Assembly: GCA_026770705.1 (NCBI GenBank)
Contig: JANJGN010000010.1
Span: forward strand, 89,404,001 to 89,468,000
DNA from: Isurus oxyrinchus
Lineage: Eukaryota
Reading direction: 5' to 3'
Length of the DNA: 64,000 nucleotides
The position numbers and the translations under genes were made by a program. Of the stretch, positions 45,401 to 54,400 are shown piece by piece. Below the pieces are notes generated by a model, which had not been told where the DNA came from, did not search any database, and saw only the letters and a program-made list of their open reading frames with translations. The stretch's first letter is position 1; the number at the start of each line of letters is the position of its first letter.

Positions 45401-48400
45401 TGTTTGAGCAAAACACAAAAGTGAGCAAAACTTAGAAATTTGGGGACAGTGTGAAAATTATGCCATTCGTTCAACCAATATAATATCTCTGCCTGAATGA
45501 ACAATCATATGGACATATTCAGTGCAGAACAATACACTGATAACTGATTGACTAAATGAAGCAGTCAAAAGTGCTGATCATTAGAAAGTTGCCCAATTTG
45601 TACCGACTTTCCAAACAGGCGAGACTTTTTTCTGGAAATGCAGAATGAGAGTAAGAACATTAAAGCTTGGACCTCACTCGGTGTCTCTCCATTGACACCA
45701 TGTTGTTTTCCTCAAGTCCAGGGAGACATAGAGCAACAAGTAGAGCACAGCAACCTGTGTGAACATTTAGTATCTTTAATCTTTGGTGTGTGAATGTGAA
45801 TTTGAAATCTGGAATCATTATTTCAGATGTGCAAAGCATGAAGATGTCCACTTCTCCAAAGGCTGATTCTCTCGGTTGAAAAATAATGGAGACGTCAAAT
45901 CACATTTTGAATGGGACAGATGACAAATTTCAATACAAATAATCGTGGGAACAGATGCCTAATTATTCAGAAGAACATCCACTTTGTGTCCAAGAATATG
46001 AAGGAGAGGTCTGGAACTTCACATCAACAAACTGTCTCAATTATTGCATACTGTCATGCTGGATATTAGACATGATTGGCAGTAGTGTCTTGTGGCAAAC
46101 GATTGTGCCAGATATTCAATAACTTATACACTTACCGGGTGATAATATTTGTCCATTGCCTGTACAGGAGCATGTTGTTGTTTCTGTAGTAGTGGGAGTC
46201 ACTGTTACTGTTGTTGTAGATTCTAGTGTAGTGCTGGGCGCTGTGGTGGTTTGACATTTTCCCGTGTACTTCAAAATTTCACAACTCTTAGTACATAGAG
46301 TGAAATTACAGAGGCCGGATTTACCTGCAGAACTTACTATAGCCTGCCCTGGAAGAGAAATATCAGGAGAAGGTTTCAGTCATCTCATACCATTCTTCAC
46401 TCAGATAACATGTTTACCTCTAGAAAAATGTATAGAGCTGACCAGTCTGGCATTAAGACAATTAAATACTAAGAACAAGGCTAAATTTTTACAATGAAAG
46501 AAGATTCCAAAGTTAAACTATCAACATGAGCAGCTAAATATTTCCTCAGCTCCGATCGCACGCATAAACCTCCTCGTTTGGAAAGTTAAATTTTTCTGCT
46601 GCTGTTGTGTTTGGTTTACAAAATGGGACAGAACAATGTTGAAACAGGTTAACTGGGTTTGTAAAGAGCAAATTGGATGCTGTAGAACGAGTCTACTGGT
46701 TGAAAATACTAAATTGAGCAAATCAGAAATTTGGGGACAGTGTTAAACTTTTTCCATCCGTACAACCAATATAATGTCTCTGCCTGAACGAACAATCATA
46801 CAGACATATTCAGTGCAGCACAAAACTCTGATAACTGACTGACTAAATGAAGCAGTCAAAAGTGCTGAGCATTAGAAAGTTGCCCAATTTGTACGGACTT
46901 TCCAAACAGGCGAGACTTTTGCTGCAAATGCAGAATGAGAGTACGAACATTAAAGCTTGGACCTCGCTCGGTGATTCTCCATTGACACAATGTTGCTTTC
47001 CTCATTTCAGTGGGACACAGGGCAACAAGTAGAGCACAGCAACCTGTGCGGAAACATTTAGTATCTTTAACCATTGTTGTGTGAATGTGAGTGTGTAATC
47101 TGGAATCATTATTTCAGATGTGCAGAGCATGAAGATATCCATTTCTCCAAGGCAGGCGTCTCTCGGTTGAAAACTTATGGAGATGTCAATTCACATTTTG
47201 AATACGACAGATGACAGATTTCAATACAAATAATCCTGGGAACAGATGCCTAATTATTCAGAAGAACATCCACTTTGTGTCCAAGAATATGAAGGAGAGG
47301 TCTGGAACTTCACATCAACAAACTGTGTCAATTATTGCATACACTCATGCTGGATATTAGACATGAATGGCAGTAGTGTCTTGTGGCAAACGATTGTGCC
47401 AGATATTCAATAACTTATACACTTACCGGGTGATAATATTTGTCCACTGGCTGTACAGGAGCATGTTGTTGTTTCTGTAGTAGTGGGAGTCACTGTTACT
47501 GTTGTTGTAGATTCTAGTGTAGTGCTGGGCGCTGTGGTGGTTTCACATTTTCCCGTGTACTTCAAAATTTCACAACTCTTAGTACATAGAGTGAAATTAC
47601 AGAGCCCAGATTTACCTGCAGAACTGACTATAGCCTGGCCTGGAAGACAAAAGTCAGGAAAAGGTTTCAGGCATCCCCTTCCATTGATCCTTCTAATATT
47701 ACGCTTACCAACAGAAATCAATATATAGCTGACAGAGCCTCATATTTTGACATTTAAGAGCTAACACCAACGCTGAAAGTTTAGAATAAAAGAAGATTCC
47801 ACCTCAAGGTGAAAGTCATGGATGTGGAAAATATGACGGCCAATATTAGAAGCTAAGTACTTCATGCACCCCGATTACAGGTCTAACTCTCCTCATTCCA
47901 GAATGTTAAATGATATTGCAATTGTTTGTGTTTGGTTTAAAAATGTGGACTGAACAATGTTGATACATGTTAAATGGGTTTCTAAAGAGCGAATTGGGGG
48001 CTGCAGAGAGCTTCTGTTTGAGCAAAACACAAAAGTGAGCAAAACTTATAAATTTGGGGACAGTGTGAAAATTATGCCATTCGTTCAACCAATATAATAT
48101 CTATGCCTGAATGAACAATCATATGGACATATTCAGTGCAGAACAATACACTGATAACTGATTGACTAAATGAAGCAGTCAAAAGTGCTGATCATTAGAA
48201 AGTTGCCCAATTTGTACCGACTTTCCAAACAGGCGAGACTTTTTTCTGGAAATGCAGAATGAGAGTAAGAACATTAAAGCTTGGACCTCACTCGGTGTCT
48301 CTCCATTGACACCATGTTGTTTTCCTCAAGTCCAGGGAGACATAGAGCAACAAGTAGAGCACAGCAACCTGTGTGAACATTTAGTATCTTTAATCTTTGG

Positions 48401-51400
48401 TGTGTGAATGTGAATTTGAAATCTGGAATCATTATTTCAGATGTGCAAAGCATGAAGATGTCCACTTCTCCAAGGGCTGATTCTCTCGGTTGAAAAATAA
48501 TGGAGACGTCAAATCACATTTTGAATGGGACAGATGACAAATTTCAATACAAATAATCGTGGGAACAGATGCCTAATTATTCAGAAGAACATCCACTTTG
48601 TGTCCAAGAATATGAAGGAGAGGTCTGGAACTTCACATCAACAAACTGTCTCAATTATTGCATACTGTCATGCTGGATATTAGACATGATTGGCAGTAGT
48701 GTCTTGTGGCAAACGATTGTGCCAGATATTCAATAACTTATACACTTACCGGGTGATAATATTTGTCCATTGCCTGTACAGGAGCATGTTGTTGTTTCTG
48801 TAGTAGTGGGAGTCACTGTTACTGTTGTTGTAGATTCGATTGCAGTGGTGGGCGCTGTGGTGGTTTCACATTTTCCCGTGTACTTCAAAATTTCACAACT
48901 CTTAGTACATAGAGTGAAATCACAGAGGCCGGATTTACCTGCAGAACTTACTATAGCCTGGCCTGGAAGACAAAAGTCAGGAAAAGGTTTCAGCCATCTC
49001 CTTCCATTCATCACTCTGAGATTACTCTTACCAACAAAATTAAACATATTGCTGACAGAGCCTCATATTTTGACATTTAAGAGCTGAGACCAACGCTGAA
49101 TGTTTAGGACGAAGGAATATTCCACCTCAAGGCTATAGGCATGGACGTGGAAAATATGACGGCCAATATTAGAAGCTAAATATTTCATGAGCTCCAATTG
49201 CAGCTCTAACAATCCTCTTTCCAGAATGTTAAATGATATTGCAATTGTTTGTGTTTGGTTTACAAATGTGGACTGAACAATGTTCATACACGTTAAATGG
49301 GTTTCTAAAGAGTAAATTGGGGGCTGTAGAAAGAGTCCATTTGAGCAAAACACAAAAGTGAGCAAAACAGAGGAATTTGGGGACAGTGCGAAACTTGTGC
49401 CAACCGTACAACTGATATTATGTCTCTGCCTGAATGAACAATCATTTGGACATATTCACTGCAGCACAAAACACTGATAAATGATTGACTAAAGGAAGCA
49501 ATCAATAGCGCTGTGCGTTAGAAAATTGCCCAATTTGTGCAAACATTCCGAACAGGCGAGACATTTGCTGGAAATGATGAATGAGAGTGCGACCATTACT
49601 GATTGGACCTCACTCGGCGTCTCTCCATTGACACAATGTTGATTTTCAAAATCCAGTGGGACACAGGGCAACAAGTAGAGCACAGCAACCTGTGTTGGAA
49701 ACATTTAGTATCTTTAACCTTTGGTGTGTGAATGTGAATGTGAAATCTGGAATCATTGGTTCAGATGTGCAGAGCATGAAGATGTCCATTTCTCCAAGGG
49801 CTGATTCTCTCGGTTGATTACTTATGGAGACGTCAAATCACATTTTGAATGGGACAGACAACAAATTTCAATACAAATAATCCTGGGAACGGATGCCTAA
49901 TTATTCACTGGAACATCGACTTTGTATCCCAGAACGTGAAGGAGAGGTCTGGATCTTCACATCAACAAACTGTGTCAATTATTGCATACAATCATGCTGG
50001 ATATTAGACGTGATTGACTGTATTCTCTTGTGGCAAATGATTATGTCAGATATTTAATAATTGTTTCAGGCATCTCATACCATTCTTCATTCAGATACTA
50101 AATTTACCACATATAAACATATTGCTGACAGCGTCTCATGTTTTCACAAGTAAGAGCTAAGAACAAAGCTGAATGTTTAGAATGAAAGAAGATTCCACCT
50201 CAAGGTTATAGTAATGGATGTGGAAAATATAATGGCCAATATTAGAAGCTAAATATTTCATCAGCTTGTATCGCATGTAAAACTCTCCTCTTTCTGGAAT
50301 GTTAAATGTTTCTGCTGGTGTTTGTGTTTGGTTTACAAATGTAGACGAACAATGTTGAAACATGGGGTCCTCTACATACATTCAAATTGGATTCTCCATA
50401 CTGTAGGACTTTATTCATCAGAGAAAGGGCTGTAATTCCTCTAAACCCTTGCACAATGCTGGTTACCTTAATGATCTCTTACCTTTTAAGAACAGAGCCC
50501 TTTGACCAATTGCTTCACTTAGTGTTTTCTTTAAATAATGGTCAATAAGGAGTTGAATTCTTGTATCTGTACATTTGGTGGGTAATTGGTGTCAATCAGC
50601 ATGAGGTATTTTTCCTTGCTGTTTATTGAAGCTGGCAGCATATAGGATTAATCTAGTCGGTCTATTCTTAGCTGTCAGCTGAAGAAAACGATTGTGTTAG
50701 GCTTTGATTGATACATGTGGGGGACTCTCTTCCATCTCATCCAAAAAACCCCATATATCGATGAGAACTCTCAAAGGATTGCCTGAATCTTGTCATGGTT
50801 TGAGAGCTGGCCTATTGTCATGCTGTTTTGTTTTATTTGATCACTTTAGAAGCCTTTAAGAGTCACCCACACTTCATAACAGTGGAATCATGTGCAGGCT
50901 AGACTAGCTTGACCTGGCCTGTCCCTGCTCTGTGACTACTTGGATTTCCACAACAATTTGACAAATCGAAGATAATTTTTCTGGCCTGAACCTGCAAATT
51001 GCCAGATTTATTTTAATCACCTTTACAACTCACCATGGTGAGATTTGGCCTATCAACAACAACAAAAATACAACCAGTATTTATCTGGTACTATGTGGAG
51101 AAATATCCCAAAACACCTCACTGAAGCACAATCAGAAAAAATTTGACACCAAATCAAGGAGGTGGCGATTAAGGAAGCGTGATTTAAAAGCTGAGTCAAA
51201 GGGACATGGGCTTAGAGAAGTGAAGGGAGCTGGGCCAGTGTAGGGAAATCCTTCCAGTGTAGATTCAGGCAGATGAAGGGAGGTGGGAATGCACAGGGCC
51301 AGAGTTGGAGGAATGCATTGTTTTGGAGGGCTGTGGAGTTGGATAAAGTTACATAGGTAGGAAGGAGTGAAGGATTTAAACAGGGGGGAAGGAATTTTAA

Positions 51401-54400
51401 ATTTGACACGTTTAGACACTGGGAGCCCATGTAAGTTGGGGGGTGCAATGGCCATGGAGCAGGGCAACATCAAGTTTCTGGTCCAGTACCACCAAGCTAC
51501 AGTAGCTGAATAGACCTTAAGTATCAGCAATGTACATTAATGGCACACTAACCATCACTCATTGGCAATGAATTCTGTTTCTGTGGTCAAATCCAATAGA
51601 GGACAAATAAAAAGGAAGCAGATTTCTGCACTGGGCAACACACTGAGAGATTCTGACATGTGATCACACAAGTATACAGAAGTCACATCCTGTTCTAGAT
51701 AGAGAATGCACATATTCCAGTACTTGACTGGAACATAGCATAGAAAAAGCTTTAATAGTTACCTTGGCAGGGGACTACTGTAAAACAGAAAGAAGCATTA
51801 CAGACCGAAAACAGGAAAACACAATAAACAGCTAGTCATTTGGAAGGGGCAGGAAGTAATTTTCCAAATAACATGAGTAAATATAAAGACAGTTTTTCAA
51901 TAATCTGTTTAAAATAAGTAATATGGTAGATTTTAATAACTAACACACTTACCAGGTGACAGTGTTTGCCCATTTACTCTGCATAAGCAAGCTGCTGTTG
52001 TAGGGGTGATTGTTGTTGATGTTGTTGGTGAGGAAGTAGTCAGTGTTGCAGTGGTTGTTGGGGCGACAGATGCTGTTGATGAAGTAGTTGATGTTGTTGG
52101 TGAGGAAGTAGCCAAAGTTGATGTTGTAGGGATGGCTGTTGTTGATGTTGTTGGTGAGGAAGTAGTCAACGTTGATGTCGTAGGGATGACTGTTGTTGAT
52201 GTTGCTGAGGCAGTAGTCAATGTTGATGTTGTTGCAGGGATGATTGTTGTTGAAGTTGTTGGTGAGGAAGTAGTCGGTGTTGCAGTGGTTGTTGGGGTGA
52301 CTGTTGTTGTTGATGAAGTAGTTGATGTTGTTTGGCTGTGTTCTGATGTGGTTTCAGTGGTTATTGTCTTCGGTGTAGTGGTTGTTGTCGTTGATGTTTC
52401 TGTCCGCTTGAATGGTGCTGACACAGGAGGAGTTGTAGTAGTGATGGGGACTGTTTTATTCAGAATAGAGGCTGTAGGGGTGATGACAGTTGTTGATTTT
52501 GAAGAAGTAGTTGATGTTGCTGCAGTCGTCGGGGTGACTGTCGTTGATGCTGAGAAGGTAGTCGATATTGCTGCTGTTGAGGGAGTGACTGTTGTTGGTG
52601 AGGATGTAGTTGATGTTGTTGTAGGGAGAACTGTTGATGCTGTTGGCGAGGAAGTAGTTGATGTTGATGTAGGGCTGACTGTTGTTGATGTTGGTGAGGA
52701 TGTAATTGATGTTGATGTAGGGCTGACTATTATTGATGTTGTTGGTGAGGAAGTAATCAATGTTGTTGTTGTAGGGATGATTGTTGTTGATGTTGTTGGT
52801 GAGGAAGTAGTCAATATTGATTTTGTTGTAGGGATGACTGTTGATGTCATTGGTGAGGAAGGCGTCAATGTTGATGTTGTAGGGATGACCGTTGTTGATG
52901 TTGGTGAGGAAGTCGCCTTTGTTGATATTGTTGTAGGGATGACTGTTGTTGATGTTGTTGGTGAGGAAGTCACCAATGTTGATGTTGTTGTAGCGATGAC
53001 TGTTGTTGGTGTTGTTTGTGAGGAAGCCATCAAAGTTGATGTTGTTGTAGGGATGAATGTTGTTGATGTTATCGGGGAGGAAGTCATCAATGTTGTTGTT
53101 GTTCCAGGAATGACTGTTGATGTTATAGGTGAGGAAGTCATCGATGTTGATGTTGTAAGTTCGACTGTTGTTGATGTTGTTGGTGAGGAAGTCGCCGATG
53201 TTGATGTCGTTATGGGTATGACTGTTCTTGATGTTGTTGGTAAGGAAATAGTCGATGATGCTGTTGTTATAGGAATGACTGTTGTAGTTGCTGTTGATGA
53301 GGAAGTAGGTGATTTTGATATTGTAGTAGGGATGGCTGCTGTTGTTGCTGAGGATGTAGTCGATGCTAATGTTGTTGTAGGGGTGACTGTTGTTGTTGTT
53401 GCTGAGGAAGTAGCTGATGTTGGTTGGCTTTGTTCTGATGTGGTTTCAGTGTTTTTTTCCATTGTGCTTAATAATGTATTTGGAGTTATTGTTGTCCTAT
53501 TTGTTAGTGCTGTCTCAGCAGTAGTTGTAACAGTGACATGAGCTGTCTTTGTTGGAATATATATTGTAGAGGTGATGGTTGTTGCTGAGGAAGTAGTTGG
53601 TGTTGTTTCACTTTGTTCTGATTTGTTTTCCATTGTGGTAGAACTTCTAGTGCCAGATGCCGTGAGTGGAGGTGTGGTTTCGAAGGTTAGTGTTGTACTG
53701 GGAATTGCAGAGGTCTTAGGAGCACATGGGTAGGCCTTTCTTATTATTGTCCCATTCACACTGCATGTTGCTTTTATGCATCCTCCAATGCCATCTGTTG
53801 TATGGTAGATAATATCACCTTCATGGAATGTTTTGCCATCATAAACACAGGTGCACTCTGATAAAGAAAAATGATAATAATGACATAGGGACATAGGGAA
53901 AAGAGAAGGCTATTTAGCCTCTTGAGCCTATTCCATCAGTCTATGAGAACATAGTTGATCTGTGACCAAAGTTCATATACCTACTGTTGCCACAGGTCCC
54001 TTATTACCTTCCATTAACACAACTCTATCAATGTTAGGTTTAAAACTTACAATTGACCCAGCATTATTAGGAAATAGAGACAGTTTAAGTAAATTAAATA
54101 TGTATTTGGTTGTTGGGAATAAGGTATATCTTTAAGTTTAATTTATATTTTTTCTATTTGTGAATTCAAGTTTCACTTTAAAATTGAAACCTGAGATTTA
54201 GTTTCATTTTTGAGTGAGGCAGCAGGTCTAAAGCTGTTTCTATACCTGCATTTCTAATGAGTTTTAGGACTCGCAAAGAGAAGTTAAAGTAAACACAAGA
54301 GCAGAAGAAACTGTGCAGTTGCCTAGCAACAGGGGTCCAGAGAGAGGGACACACACGCACTACACACACACACACACACAAACACAAACAGCAGTTTGAG

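Larger units (their letters stand above)
1..50362 (-). repeat. Tandem array of 1291-1324-bp exon+intron units (38 with an exon, plus 1 exon-less relic); continues beyond position 1
   Basis: Exon spacing is always 1291/1292 (intron type A) or 1323/1324 (types B, C); homology stops at about 50362. Confidence 0.98.

Noticed and set aside
223-49047. The 73-105-aa minus-strand ORFs as a tandem family of small stand-alone genes
   Set aside because: Their N-termini and KCISY ends are intron read-through; 11 copies lack a start codon. Conserved splice sites and split Cys modules show they are internal exons.
263-49087. Repeated plus-strand ORFs (…VVVSHFPVYFKISQLLVHRVKLQ…)
   Set aside because: Antisense to the repeat exons; their ends vary with intron type.
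955-49704. Recurrent 60-110-aa intronic ORFs on both strands
   Set aside because: They recur only because the intron is duplicated; frames are not conserved among types A, B and C, and no domain is recognisable.
1-50362. Array as CRISPR, rDNA/5S/snRNA cluster, or non-coding satellite
   Set aside because: No repeat-spacer structure or RNA-gene sequence; each unit contains a spliceable coding exon.
52006-53541. 511-aa Val/Asp/Gly-rich plus-strand ORF
   Set aside because: Antisense shadow of the Thr/Ser/Pro codons of the PTS exon; confined to that exon.
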